64,000 nucleotides of DNA from the NCBI RefSeq assembly GCF_963921235.1, contig NC_086108.1, positions 92,940,001 to 93,004,000 on the forward strand, read 5' to 3'. Shown piece by piece: positions 38,943 through 52,685 of this stretch. The notes beneath the pieces are model-generated. The model saw only the letters and a list, made by a program, of their open reading frames with translations. It searched no databases and was not told where the DNA came from. The first letter of the stretch is position 1. Every line of letters starts with the position of its first letter. This stretch comes from Mobula hypostoma (Eukaryota). The translations under genes and the position numbers were made by a program.

Positions 38943-39109
38943 CAACAGATTTCATGTCAGTGATATTAAAACTGATTCTGACTCTGGTAATATTTTATAT
39001 TTTGTGCTGTGTGTGATATATGTCTTGTTGGTACACCGTGGTGCAGAGGAACATTATTTTGATTGGTTGTATATACGTACAGTCAGATGACAATACACTT
39101 GAAATATAG

Positions 39110-40710
39110 CAAAATCAGTAACAGATACTGATCTAAATGTACTGTACTTAAATGCACGCAGCATTAGAAATAAAGTGGATGACCTTGTTGTACAGCAACA
39201 GGTTAAAAGATATAACGTTGTGGCCATCACCAAGTCACGGCTAAATGATGGATGTGATTGGGAGCTGAGTGTCCAAGATACACAGTGTGTAGGAAAGATA
39301 GGAAGGTAGGTAAAGGGGATGGCGTGGCCCTGATGGTGAGCAATGATATCAAATCACTAGAAAGAAGGGACATAGGATCAGAAGAGGTAGAATCCTTATG
39401 GGTTGAGTTAAGAAATGGCAAGGGTAAAAAGACACTAATAGCAGTTATATACAGGCCTCCAAACAGCAGCTGGGATGTGGACTACAAGTTACAACTGGAA
39501 ATAGAAAAAGCGTGTCAGAAGGAAAATGTCAAGATAATTACGGGGGATCTTAATATGAAAGTGGATTGGGAAAGTCAGAAAGTTACTGGATCTCAGGAGA
39601 GGGAGTTTGTAGAATGCCTATGGGATGGTTTTTTGGAGCAGCTTGTCCAGAAGCCCACCAGGGGACCGGCTGTTTTGGATTCGGTGTGTAACGAACCTGA
39701 GACGATTAGGGAGCTGGAAGTAAAGGAACCCCTTGGAAGTAGTGATCATAATATGATTGAGTTCAGTTTCTGATTTGAAAAGGAGAAGCTAAGTTTGCGG
39801 AAGACACCAAGATAGGTGTTGGAGCAGGAAGTGTTGAAGAAACGGAAAGGTTGTAGAGAGACTTGGTCAGTTTAGGAGAGTGGGCAAAGAAATGGCAGAT
39901 GAGATACAATGTTGAGAAATGTACGGTTGTACATTTTGGAAGAAGAAATATCTGGCAGATTATTATTTAGATGGGGAGAAAATTCAAACATCGGAAGTGC
40001 AAAGGGACCTGGGGGTCCTTGTGCAGGATACCCTAAAGGTTAACCACCAGGTTGGACTGGCAGTAAGGAAAGCGAATGCTATGTTGGCATTCATTTCACG
40101 AGGAATAGTGTATAAGAGTAAGGAGGTGTTGATGAGGCTCTATGGGGCACTGGTGAGACCTCATCTGGAATACTGTGTGCAGTTTTGGGGCCCCTATCTT
40201 AGAAGGTTGGAAGTTGGACAGAGTTCAGAGAAGATTTACGAGGATGATTCCTGGAATGCAGGGGCTAACATATGAGGAGCGTTTCTTGGCTCTTGGACTG
40301 TATTCATTAGAGTATAGAAGAATGAGAGGGGATCTCATAGAAACATTTCGAATGTTGAAAGGGTTGGACAGAGTAGATGTGGAAAGGCTGTTTCCGTTGG
40401 TGGGTGAGTCCAGGATCAGAGGCCACAGTCTTAGAATTAGAGGGTACCCATTTAAAACAAGAGATGAGGAGAATTTTTTTTAGCCAGAGGGTTGTGGATT
40501 TATGGAATTCGTTGCCACATACAGCTGTGGAGGCCGGATCATTGAGGGTGTTTAAGGAGGAGATTGATAGGTATCTAATTAGTCAGGATATCAAGGGATA
40601 GGGGAGAAAGCCAGAAACTGGAACTAGTTTAGCTCAAGTTGGAGTGGCGGAGCAGACTCGATGGGCCGAATGGCCTACTTCTGCTCCTTTGTCTTGTTAT
40701 CTTGTGATCT
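39110..40710 (+). mobile_element. CR1 ORF2 with internal deletion (APE fused to RT C-terminal half)
   Basis: LKCTVLKCTQH/NARSIRNK region and ORF 39258..39773 (VIYRPP, GDLN, LGSSDHNMIEF), then an abrupt jump to AKFAEDTK at about 39790. cttgtgat-type tail. Confidence 0.9.
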
Positions 40711-42374
40711 TGAACTTGAGATTGAAATTCCCAGTCTTGTATTGCGCCATTCAGCTAAACTGTCCTGAGCCTTACTCATGCTGACCTCAGGAGACAATCA
40801 TCTAATTCCCAAGAGTTGGTGAATCTCCTTCTGTTCTAAGAGGATGACTTTATTCACAAAATTTCCACATATACAATACAATTCATCTTCCTGTTTCCAC
40901 TTGCAAGGCAAACAATATCATTCCATGTATCAAGGTGACATAAGTTTTCCTTTACATATATTCCTTCAACTAAACAAAAATTCAAAGAGTTTTTGTTCAA
41001 ATTGTTCCAGCCCCTTAACATGCAATGTTGGGAAGTCCTGAAAATGTACCCATTCTCAAAAAAGCCTTTGTAAAGATTGCCCATAATCCTCTACCTTGGA
41101 ACTTATCAGTCATTCGTCCAAACTTCAGATTGCTTCTCACTCTAAGACCCGGGTCCTCTCACGTTGATATGCCCGGGCCAGGGCCCCGCTGCCAAGTTTC
41201 GGCCCCTATCTGGCCTTTCAAAGTACTTTGTTTTACAGGCCATCCATGCAGTCCATTCCACTGCATCAGGACATTGAGGGAGTACAAGGGAAACGGAATA
41301 ACAGAATGCATAATGCAGTGCTACAGGTACAGAGGAAGTGAAGTGCAATGCGTCGTGACAGAAACTGCTCTTGAGCCCGGTTGTGCCTGCTTTCAGGCTT
41401 TTGTATCTTCAACATGGTAGGACAGGTGAGGAAAGAGAACGTCTGGAGAGGGAGGGATCTTGGATTATCTTGACAGCTTTTTCGGGTCAGCGAGAAATGT
41501 AGACAGAGAAAATGGACGGAAAGTTGGCTTTCGTGATGGGCTGAGCTGTGTCTACAGCTCGCTACGTGTTTTCTTTTGCAGTCAGCTGCCAGACCAAGCC
41601 GGGAAGCACCAGGTAAGATGTTTTCCATAGCGCATCTGCAAAAATTGGTGGTGGTCAATGGGAACATGCCACATTTCCTTACCTTCTGAGGAAGTTAGGG
41701 TGCTGATGCATTTTCTTCACCTTGGCACCTGGTGGCCGGACATCAGAAATCTGATGGCACTGGGGCAGAAGCCGTTCCCAAAATGTAGAGTGTGAGACTT
41801 CAGGCTTCTGAACTTCCTCCCTGACACTAACAATGAGAAGGTGGCATGTTCTGGGTGATTCAGGTCCTTAAAGATTGATACCACCTTTTTTGAGGTGCCC
41901 CTTTTGAAAATGTGCTTGATGTTGAAGATATGATAGATTTTTGATTTCTGGATGAACTATTAAAAGGCTTAGGTGAGTGTAGCATGGCATGGCATATGAA
42001 CCATATTTACAGCAACACCCAGAACACCAGGCACCTGGCGAATGGGTTCTCCTCACAGGTGAGAGTCGGCTCTGTTACCATAATCCCAGTTTCTGCTGTC
42101 TATACATGCCAGCCGTTTCTCGGTGCACTCTCAAAACCACCAGACTGTATTTTCAGCCCCTTCCAACCTTGAAGGGAAGAAGATAAAAGATTGGTTGTAT
42201 CGTTTGCCTCACCTCTGCTGCCATTGACCCTGGGCCCAGAGCCAGTTCAAACTAGTCACAAATGCACATCGATCAAACTGAGGCAGTGGATCCCAGTGGA
42301 AGATGGTAGCATGGTCCATGGCCTCAGAGCTCCAGGGATCTGGGCTTGATCCTGACCTCTGGTACTCTCTGTTT

Positions 42375-42830
42375 GGGAATGAGAGGGTTACTTATGAAAA
42401 GTGTTTGATGGCTCTAGGCCTGAACTCACTGATGTTGAGATGAATGAGGGATAAATCTAATTGTAACTTATCGAATATTGAAAGGCCTAGATAGAGTGGA
42501 CAGAGGATGTTTCCTATAGTGGGGAAGTCTAAAACCAGAGGGCACAACCTCAGAATATAAGGACGTCTCTTTAGAACAGAGATGAGAAGGAATTTCATTA
42601 GCCAGAAGGTGGTGAAACTGTGCAGTTTGTTGCACACAGATGGCTGTGGGGGTCAAGTGATTGGGTATATTGAAAGTGGAGATTGATAGGCTCTTGATTA
42701 GGAAGGATGTGAAAAGTTTCAGAGAGAAGGCAGGAGAGTGAGGTTGAGAGGGATAGTAAGTCAGCCATGCTTGAATGGGGGAGCAGACTCGATGCGCTGA
42801 ATGGACTGATACTCTTGGTGTTTTTGTCTT
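42375..42830 (+). mobile_element. CR1-clade LINE 3' end, degraded
   Basis: Same 3' sequence as 2530-2997 (tttagaacagagatgagaaggaatttc..gagcagactcgatg). Confidence 0.82.
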
Positions 42831-43546
42831 ATGGAAACTGTAGCACCCAAAGGAAACCCAGGTGGATTTTTTGTTTTATGGCAGCAGTGCAGTGCAATAA
42901 ATCAAAAATTACCAAGGTTATGATAAGAAATATGGAATAAATAAATGAATCGTGCATAAAGAGAGCAGAAACAGTGAGGTAGTGAAGATGACGCCCTTCT
43001 TCAGGAGATTCTGATATATTGCCATCTAGACCCATAACACTGACTATTTCTGGCAGATCTGGGCCCGTCCAGTGCCACAGAAACAAACACAACTGAGCTA
43101 CCACTTCCAGGAGTTTCACTAATCTTGAAGAATGGGACTGTCCTTGTCAGCTTGTCCAGCCTCAAGCACTCGCTGTAATCTAAACCTTCTTGGATAGGGG
43201 ACAGAATGTTCCAGGGAGGCTGTGGTTCTGTGGCATTCAGATCATGCAGGTAGATTCCCAGCCTTTGTTTTGCCATGGGCCCCTACCATTAACTAAGGGT
43301 CTGTGGACCCTGAATTGGGAAATCCTGAGCTAGAAAGAGTTGCAGATCCCTACCATGTCAGCCTGAGGTTACTGGCATAAGGAAACACCAGTGATTCTGC
43401 AAAATGCTGGAGGAGCTCAGTCGGCATTTTGGCCCAAGACCCCTCATCAGGGAATGGCCCAAAATGTCTTCTGTTCATCTCTCTCCATAGATGTTGCCTG
43501 ACCTGGTGAGTTCTTCCAGCATTTTGTGTACTTTACTTTGGACATC

Positions 43547-43584
43547 CAGTCCTGATGAAGGGTCTCAGTCTGAAACATCGACTC
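43547..43584 (+). ncRNA. Minimal hammerhead motif, partly decayed
   Basis: cagtc-ctgatga-agggtctcagtct-gaaa-catc-gactc, within a cluster of Penelope terminal modules (about 43400-43930). Confidence 0.5.
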
Positions 43585-43939
43585 TTTATTCCTTTCCATA
43601 GATGCTGCCTGACCTGCCAAGCTCCTCCAGCATTTTGTGTGTGTGTTACTGCAAAGTATCTTTAACTTCCTTTCCAAAAATACAACATATTTATAACATT
43701 TGCTTACAAGTATAAGACATTGCCTTTCCTTTCGTAAGCATACCCTGAGTGAAAAGGTGAGAGGTGGTGGGATGTCTTCGAAGCTCATGACTTCAAAGCT
43801 CATCTTATTAATAGATGTTATATGATGAAAAGTCTTGGCCTGAAACGTTGGCTGTTAATTCCTCTCCATAGATGCTGCCCGAGCTATTGAGTTCCTCCAG
43901 CATTTTGCATATGTTACCTTGGATTTGCAGTAAAAGGAG

Positions 43940-44622
43940 GGAGGAGAAGATGGCAACGCGACGCAGCTCGCAGCGGCCACTCCAGTGGTGATGTCTCTTG
44001 TTTGTCAAGTAGGATGCCGTGCACAATCCTGATTTGATAGAGATGGACGTGAGAGCATCGAGGAACATCTGGTGAAATTTCTGAAATGCCTGCTTCGCTG
44101 CTGCTGCTACTGTGTGGTCCAGAATCTCCGGAGGGGAAGGCCCCGAGTCCTCGGCTTTGCTTGTTGCTCGGCGGCCGGGGCAGGGTCGAGTGCTCGGCAG
44201 AGGATGGTGCTCGGAGAAGCTGTGTTGGAGGGGCTGGGTGGAGGCTCGAAGTTTTTGGATGGACTCAGAGTCCGCTGCAATCAGGTGCTTCCAATGGTGT
44301 TGCATCGGCAAGTTGTGGTGCTTGGAGGTTCATGGTAGGGAGAGTTTCTCTCTTCTGCCGCCTGCATGAGATGATTAGGCTATCGAGACTTTGAGACTTT
44401 TTTTTTACCGTGCCCATGGTCTGCCCATAATCAAATTATGGTATTGCTTTGGACTGTTGTAACTATATGTTATAATTATGTGGTTTTGTCAGTTTTAGTC
44501 TTGGTTTGTCCTGTGTTTTCTTGTGATATCATTCTGGAGGAACGTTGTATCATTTTTTAATGCATGCATTTGTAAATGACAATAAATGATGACTGCGTGC
44601 CCTCATAATCTAATCTAATCTA
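43940..44622 (+). mobile_element. Non-autonomous retroposon of about 0.68 kb with (ctaat)n tail
   Basis: Starts ggagaagatggc and ends aataaa..cctcataatctaatctaatctaat. Second copy inverted at 47241-47885. Confidence 0.75.
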
Positions 44623-44734
44623 ATAAACCTGCACAATCTCTTGTGTTCATACTTAGACTGGGAAGCTGTAATCAATCATCCTGGTTAGTTACCTAGTTCA
44701 TTCATCTTTACAAACATCATAGACTATTTATTTA

Positions 44735-44950
44735 TTCAGTGGAATAGGCTGTTTCGACCCTTCAAGCTGCGTGAACCAGCAACCCCCAATTTAACCATAG
44801 TCTAATCATGGGACAATTTACAATGACCAATTGACCTACCAACTGGTAAGTCTTCAGACTGTGGGAGGAAACCGGAGCACCCGGAGGAAACCCACGTGGT
44901 CACGGGGAGAATGTACGGACTCCTTACATTCAGCAGCAGGAATTGAACTG
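44735..44950 (-). mobile_element. V-SINE
   Basis: gtgggaggaaaccggagcacccggaggaaacccac is the reverse complement of the V domain. Confidence 0.8.
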
Positions 44951-47240
44951 GTGTGCTCACGACTATGCTACTGGGTCATTCCGGTTCTGACTCTCTTAGA
45001 CCACCTGACCTCAATAGACGTCAGTTTCAGCACAAATGAGTTATCCTTTCATGCCATTTAGCTTATTTGTGAAATTCAAATGAAATGATGAGTCAATGGC
45101 TTGCTAGAATTAGAACTGGGATCTCATTTGCATTTCTCGTAAACAAAAAATAAATTAGCATTGACTGTATGTGGGAGCAAGAGGTTTTTCATCATCAGCA
45201 TCCAAAGTGCTGGCATCTGAGATTAACGTCATAGCAACAAAAAACAACTGAGTATTCCCTAGCTGCAATTTATATATGTACTATCTTTCAAAGGATGAAC
45301 ATTCTCTCATGGGAAACAGTTTCCCATGGCTGTAGAGCTACGCAATTCCTGCCACCGCCCAGGTCTCATTACGATTGGTGTGCCAGTAGTGTCATACTTT
45401 TTACCTTTTAATTTATTAGATTAGATTATTTGTTCATTTATTTGCGGTAATATTACTTTGTGTTGTGTGTGAGCTTTATGTACAGTGTTTGCACCTTGGT
45501 CCAGAGGAACGTCGCTTTGTTTGGTGGTGTGCATGTGTAATTTTGAATGACGATAAACAGAACTTGAACTTGATATGGATTAGTCTCCAAAGAATGAACG
45601 CACTCCCATGAAACATGGCACACATTGAAAATGTATTATGCATTTGTGCAGCACTTTGTACTTATGTGAGATTTTACTACTGTGGTCAATCAAAGTAAAG
45701 AGGATTGAATTGGAGACACAAGAGACTGCTGATGATGGAATTGGGAGCAACAAACAATCTGCTGGAAGAACTCAAGGGGTCAAGCAGAATCTACAAGTGA
45801 AAATTTTGGGTCATGGAGTCACAGAAGAGTACAGCACATAAACAGGCCCTTCAGCCCATCTAGTCCATCCCAAAAGCATTTAAACTGCCTACTCCCATCG
45901 ACTGCACCAGGAGCTTAGCCCTCCATATGCCTACCATTCATGAACCTATCCAAACTTCACTTAAATGTTGAAATTGAGCTCATTAGTGGGATTAGACGCT
46001 GAGAAAGCTTTTGATTCCGTTAGTTGGCTACTCCTATACAGAGTGTTAGGAAGATACGGCTTTCAAGAAAAGTTTTTTAAGGTAATCCAGACTTTATATG
46101 ACAGCCCTACAGCTCGAATTAAGATAAATGGGGACCTCTCTGACTCTTTTATTTTAGAGAGAGGAACTAGACAGGGATGCCCAATTTCTCCTCTCCGTTT
46201 TGCACTATACATTGAACCTCATGCCCAACTAATAAGACAGAGCAAAATTGTAAAAGGTATCAAGGTGACAGGGATTCAACAGAAGGTGATGCTATTCACA
46301 GATGATGTTCTAGTCTATTTGAGTGAACCAGAAAAATTATTTATAGCATTGTTTACACTGTTGGATGAGTTTGGGAAAATATCAGGTTATAAAATTAATG
46401 TAAAGAAAACACAGATTTTGTCCTTAAATTATACAGCATCCAGAAAACTGCAGGTTACATATGATCTTAAGTGGGAAGCTAAATCATTAAAATATTTAGG
46501 AATAACCCTGCCAAAAGATCTTTCAACATTGTCACATGTAAATTATGGGCCATTAATTTCAGAGATAAAAGCAGATATATGTAGGTGGAATCTTATCCTC
46601 TTTTTAAGTTTAAATTCAAGGATAAGTACCATAAAAATGAATATTCGCCCTCAGTTACTTTACCTTTTCCGGACTTTACCTGTGGAGGTGGACGATAATA
46701 AATTCAGGGAATGGGACAAATGGATTTTCTGCTTTATCGGGCAAGAAACCTAGAACCTGATTTAACACCTTACAGTTAGGAAAGGAAGGAGGAGGTATGG
46801 CACTTCCTTGTTTGAGAAATTATTTTTATGCTTCACAGATAACCCCTTTGTTATATTGGTGCAATAGGGAATATAAAGCTAGATGGAAGGAAATAGAATT
46901 TGGATTGATTGACAGTTTTCCTCTACAGGTCTCAAAAGCAGACAAAGAATTGATGGCCCAATTGGAAAAGATTAAAAATAGCTGGGTAAATCTCACATTA
47001 AAAGTAATCAATAACATGTTAAAACTATTCAGATGGCATGTTCATGATACTGAATTTCTTCCCAGCAGCAGAGATAAAAGATTTGAACTGTGGATAAAGA
47101 AAGATCTTACAATCTACCTCTCATTCACACATAAAAGTGTATTACAAAGTTTTCAATCCCTGCAGGGCAAACATGTCCGAGAACACAATAACTTTTTTAG
47201 GACCTTCAAGTACGGCATCATGTTAACCAGAGTTGCAGAT

Positions 47241-47885
47241 ATTAGATTAGATTAGGTTATGAGGACATGCAGTCCTCGTTTATTGTCATTTAGTAATGCA
47301 TGCATTAAGAAATGATATGATGTTTTTCCAGAATGATATCACTGAAAGACGTGGCAAACCAAGACTGAAAAACTAACAAAAACCACATAATTATAAAATA
47401 TACTTACAACAGTGCAAAACAGTACCATAATTTGATAAGAACAGACCATAGGCATGGTACAGTCTCAAAGTCTCTCGAAAGTTCTATCATCTCACGCAGA
47501 CGGTAAACCTCCAGCGCCGCAAACTTGCCGATGCAGCATCCCGGAAGCATCCGACCACAGTCCGACTCCGAGTCCATCCGAAAACTCTGAGCCTCCAACC
47601 AGCTCCCAGACACCGATGCACCGAGCACCATCTCTGCTGAATGCTTCGACCCCGGCAACAGGCAACAGGCAAGGCCAAGGAATTGGGGCCTTCCCTCTGG
47701 AGATTCTCAATTGCACAGTAGCAGGGGCAGCGAAGCAGGCATTTCAGAAGTTTCTCCAGATGTTCCTCCGTGCTTCTTCACATCTGTCTCTATCAAATCA
47801 GGATTGTGCACGGCAACCTACTTCACAGATACGATATCAATTCGAAATGGCTGCGCGCTCTGTGTTGCACTGCCATCTTCTCCTC
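47241..47885 (-). mobile_element. Second copy of the 43940-44622 retroposon, nested in L1 ORF2
   Basis: Reverse-complement homology along its length, with an (attag)n tail at 47241. Confidence 0.78.
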
Positions 47886-48832
47886 CCTCCTTATCAAGAC
47901 TTATACAGACTTATCAACAGTAGAATTAGAATTTTTCAAGATTCTGAATTTGGCTTACAGTTTAATACCAAGTAAATCAATTTCTCAATAATATAATGCC
48001 CTCTCTCATGCCAAAAAATGAAAACACATTGTATGTTAAAGAGAAGTGGGAGAAAGAAGCGGGGTTGGTACTTTCAGAGGAGGCTTGGGGGAAAATATGC
48101 AGCTTCCAGTGGTCTTTGACTAACTCTTTGATTTGGAGAGAACATTGTTGGAAAAATATAAGATACTTCAAGACCACATACCAGGAAAAATATAAAGACA
48201 CAAACATGGCATGCTGGAGAAGGTGTGGCTCCAAGGAGGCAAATTATTTCCATATTCTTTTGGGGTTGCCCAAAATTAAGTTTATTTTGGGAAGGTATTC
48301 ACAGAACATTAGTTGAGGTATTTAAGACTCAGATACTTCTGAACTTGGAGACTCTCTACTTGGGGCATGTATTGTTTTTGGAACAGAAGAAAGATATAAA
48401 GCTGCTGCTGGCCCTTTTAGCGGCAAGTAAGAACTCAATCACCAGAAAGTGGTTAAATCCAACATCACCTACATTAGAAGATTGGCATGAAATCATTTTG
48501 GAAATTTTTAAAATAGAAAAGATGACCTACTCTCTGAGAATTCAAAAGGAAAAATTTTTTTTAAATCAGATTTGGAATAAATGAATTGAATTTATAACCC
48601 CAGAGCAAGCAGACTTTAGATGACTCTCCGAATGGTTTATACTGTTTGTCTCACCAACATAGTAATAGTGCTAACATAAGCACCCTTGGCTCGAATGTTT
48701 ACTGTTCTTTTATTTGGAAAATGTGGAATTAACACAAGTAAAGAAAAGATCTGGGGAAATTTTGGACCAGAAAGAAATGGACCAGAAGAGAAATTAGTAT
48801 TCCACCACTATTATTAATATTTTTTCTTTTCT

Positions 48833-49467
48833 TTTAAAATCTTTTTATTATTATTATTATATTCAAAAATAACACGAGTACATCGAAGTAAACAACACTT
48901 ACAACGTCTCTAGGGAAAAAAAAACATTTTAAGGATTGAAAAATTTTGGTGATAATTAAAAAAACCCTACTAAGCAGAAAAAGTGGGGGGAAAACCCATT
49001 AGGTGTACAACCCAGAGCCATGTGTCATACAAAAAGCTTCTAAAGATAAACATCAAACTGCCAGCAAGAAAAAAAATACCAAAAATTTACAATTAGATCA
49101 TGGAGGAAATCTATCAATTAACTCAAATGATAATAACGAGCAAATGAACCCCATCTTTTCTCAAAATCAAATAAAGGTTCAAAGGTTCGACTTCTAATTT
49201 TCTCTAAACTAAGACATAGCATCACTTGAGAGAACCATTGTGATAAAGTGGGAGCTGACGTATCCTTCCACTTCAACAAAATGGCCCTCCTAGCTATCAA
49301 TGTAACAAAAACATGTTGGTCAGACACAGAGATACCACGGATATTTTGATGACTTATTCCAAAAAGCACAGTTAATTTGTTAGGTTGTAAATTAATTTTA
49401 AGTGCTTTAGAAATTGTGGAAAAAACTGACTTCCAGAACTGTTCCAGTATAGAACAAGACCAAAATA
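48833..49467 (-). mobile_element. L1 3' end of a different family, nested in the L1 3' UTR
   Basis: ORF 49118..49369, LIARRAILLKWKDTSAPTLSQWF..LEKIR..FEKRW. Confidence 0.88.
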
Positions 49468-49883
49468 TCTTTTATATCAACCATTATCATTATTTAGTTT
49501 AATAGAGTGGAATTACAATTGCACATAAACATCTATTTGAGTGCCTAATTATTTTCTATATTATCTCAATGTGCACTTGTGAATGTACAAATTAATACAG
49601 ATTTACTCACATAAAAATGGAAAAGGTTATATATGTTAAAAAAAAGTTTGTGTATTACTTGTGAATACCTTATCCAAATAAAAATAAAATTAAAAAAAAA
49701 AGAAATTGAGCTTGCATGCACGAACTGTGCTGGCAGCTCATTCCACCCTCTCACAACCCTCTGAGTGAAGAACTTCTCCCTCATGTTTCCCTTAAACTTT
49801 TCACCTTTCACCCTGAACCCATGACCTCTGGTTGTAGTCCCACTCAACCTCAGTGGAAAAAGCCTGCTTGCATTTACCCTATC

Positions 49884-50255
49884 AGTGAGGGCCTCCGTCG
49901 GTCAGAGTTGACCATAGATATTGCATCCTAACAGCCGAGGTATGCAAGCATGGGCAGTACAATATGGAGAGCAAGCAGTTGCCCATTTATCAAGCTCCCC
50001 CTCTCCACGCATCTGATGAATCCAAAGGAATGGCAGAGACCGATACAATTTGGTACCAGCAGCATTGCAACAGTTGCCAGTCAGTATTGAACTCAATATA
50101 GGACTGCCTTAGGAAATCCAGCTCCAGATTTTTCCCTTGGGGTTTACTCCTGACGCCCTCCCCATGAGTGGGTATAGCCACAAGGCGGCAGAGGCTTGAG
50201 ATCAGAGTTTTCCCTCTCCTAGATGAGCTGCCAATCACAGCTGACTGTCCCGATC
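49884..50255 (-). mobile_element. Non-coding retroposon (RTE-partner SINE-like) nested in CR1
   Basis: 9-bp TSD taccctatc at 49875-49883 and 50256-50264, interrupting continuous CR1 sequence. Confidence 0.7.
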
Positions 50256-52685
50256 TACCCTATCTATACCCCTCATAATTCTTATACCACTCTTAAGTCT
50301 CCTCTCAATCTTCTACTTTCTAAAGAATAAAGTCCTAACTTATTCAATCTTCCCTTATAAGTCAGATCCTCCAGACCAGGCAACATCATTGTAAATTTTC
50401 TCTGTACTTTTTCAATCTCGTTGTCATCTTTCCTGTAGGTGGGTGACGAAAACTGCACACAATGCTTCGGATCAGGCTTCACCAACATCTTATATAATTT
50501 CAGCATAACATCTCAACTCTTGTATTCAGTACTTAGGTCTATGACGGCCAATGTGCCAAAAGCCTGTTTTACGACCCTATCGACCTGTGATGCCACCTTC
50601 AATGAAATATGGACCTGTATTCCCCAGGTCCCTTTGTTCTTCCACACTCCTCAGTGTCCTGCTGTTCACAATGGTTAACAAAGTGCAAAACCACACACTT
50701 GTGTGCATTAACTTCCATCTGCCATTTTTCATCCCATTTTTCCAGATGATGCAGATCCATCTGCAAGCCATGATAGCCTTCCTCATTGCCACGACACCCC
50801 CAAGCTTGGAGTCATCCCAAAATTTGTTGATCAAGTTAACCACGTTATCATCCAGGACATTGATATAGATGACAAACAACAATAGACCCAACACCGTTCC
50901 CCGTGGCATAGGCCTCCAGTCAGAGAGGCAACCATCTACTACCACTCTCTGGCTTCTTCCACAAAGCCAATGTCTAATCCAATTTACTACCTCATCTTGA
51001 ATGCTGAGTGATTGAACTTTCTTAAACAACCTCCCATGTGGGACCTTGTCAAATACCTTGCTAAAGTCCAGGTAGACAACATCCACTGCCTTTCCATCAT
51101 CCACTTCCCTGGTAAGTTACTTGAAAACATCTGTAAGATTTTTTAGACTTGACCTACCATGCACAAAGCCATGCTGACTATCCTTAATCAATCCATGTCT
51201 ATCTAAATACTTACTGTATTTATCTGGTGCCTTAGAATACCTTCCATTAACTTTCCCATAACTGATGTCAGACTCACTAACCTACAATGTCCTGTTTTGT
51301 TTGGAACACTTTTAAAGAGTGGAACAACATTGGCTATTCTCTGGTCCTCTAGTACCTCTCCTGTCGCTAAGGATGATTTAATTATCTCTGCTAGAGTCCC
51401 AGCAATTTCAGCACTTGCCTCCCATAGGGACCAAGGGAACACTTGTCAGGCCCCGGGGATTTATCCACCCCGATTTGCCTCAGGGTAGCAAACGCCTCCT
51501 CATGTTCAGGGTCCATGAAGTTGATGCGGCTTTGCTTCCCTTCTATAGACTCTGCGTCTATCTCCTGAGTAAATATAGATGCAAAAAATTATTTAAGATC
51601 TCTCCCATCTGTTTTGGCTCCATGTATAGATTACCATTCTGATCTTCCAGGGGATTAATTTTGTCCCTTGCAATCCTTTTGCTCTTAACATATCTAGAAC
51701 CCCTGAGGTTCCTCCTTCATTTTGTCTGCTAAAGTAACTTCATGCCTCCTTTTAGCCCTCATGATTTCTTTCTTAAGTGTTCTCTTGCAATTCTTGTACT
51801 CCATATGCATCTCATTTGTTCTTACATCCCTATACTTGCTATGCATATCCTTCTTTCTCTTAACCAGGGTCTTTTGCTTTTCTCTTAAAAAGCAAAGTTC
51901 ACTACGCTTGTTATCTTTACCTTTTATTCTGACAGGAAATTACAACCTTTGTAGTCTCAAGCTCTTGCCCTCAAAGGCCTCCAACTTACCAAGTACACCT
52001 TTGCCCTTTGCCAGAAAACAGCCTGTCCCAATCCAAACCTGCTAGATCATTTCTGATACCATCAAAATTGGTCTTTCTCCAATTTAGAATCTCAACCCAT
52101 GGACCAGTCCTATCTTTTGCATATTTACGTTGAAACTAATGGCATTGTGGCCACTAGATGCAAAGTTCTGCTATTTTCCCTGTCTCAAACTAAACGGTTG
52201 AGCATGGTGCAACTAGCGTCCTGAGCTGTGTATATTTTAATGCAAGAAGTATTGTAGGAAAGGCGGATGAGATCACGGCATGGATCAACCTGTGGAGTTA
52301 TGACATTGTAGCCATTAATGGGACTTCTACGTACTGATCAAGGAAACTTTGACAGTCCTTTGGACATCTAGTCCTTTGACAATATGGGAGTCCCAGTTAA
52401 TATGTGGAAAGCTAAAATCACCTACTATAACAATCTTATGTTTTTTTGTAACAGTTTGTAATCTCTCTACAAATTTGTTCCTCTATATCCCTCAGACTGC
52501 TGGGTGTTTTAAACCCCACTATGCAGCATTACCAAACCTTCCTGTTAGGATATTAGTCCCCTTGCAGTTCAGGTGCAATCTGTCTCTTCTGTACAGCTCC
52601 CACCTTCCCTAGAAGAGGATCCGAAGATCCAAAAATTTTATGCCCTCCCTCCTATACCAACTCCTTTACCATGTGTTAAACTATA

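Larger units (their letters stand above)
45981..49701 (+). mobile_element. 5'-truncated L1 (RT, C-terminal Cys domain, 3' UTR, polyA) inserted in a CR1 tail
   Basis: LDAEKAFDSVSW, GTRQGCPISPL, LFTDDVL and CWRRCG motifs. 11-bp TSD gaaattgagct at 45970-45980 and 49702-49712. Confidence 0.93.

Noticed and set aside
40966..41037. Minus-strand terminal-exon-like frame DFPTLHVKGLEQFEQKLFEFLFS* after ttttcag
   Set aside because: No upstream partner exons were found, all three frames are similarly open, and the + strand resembles a decayed LINE RT segment.
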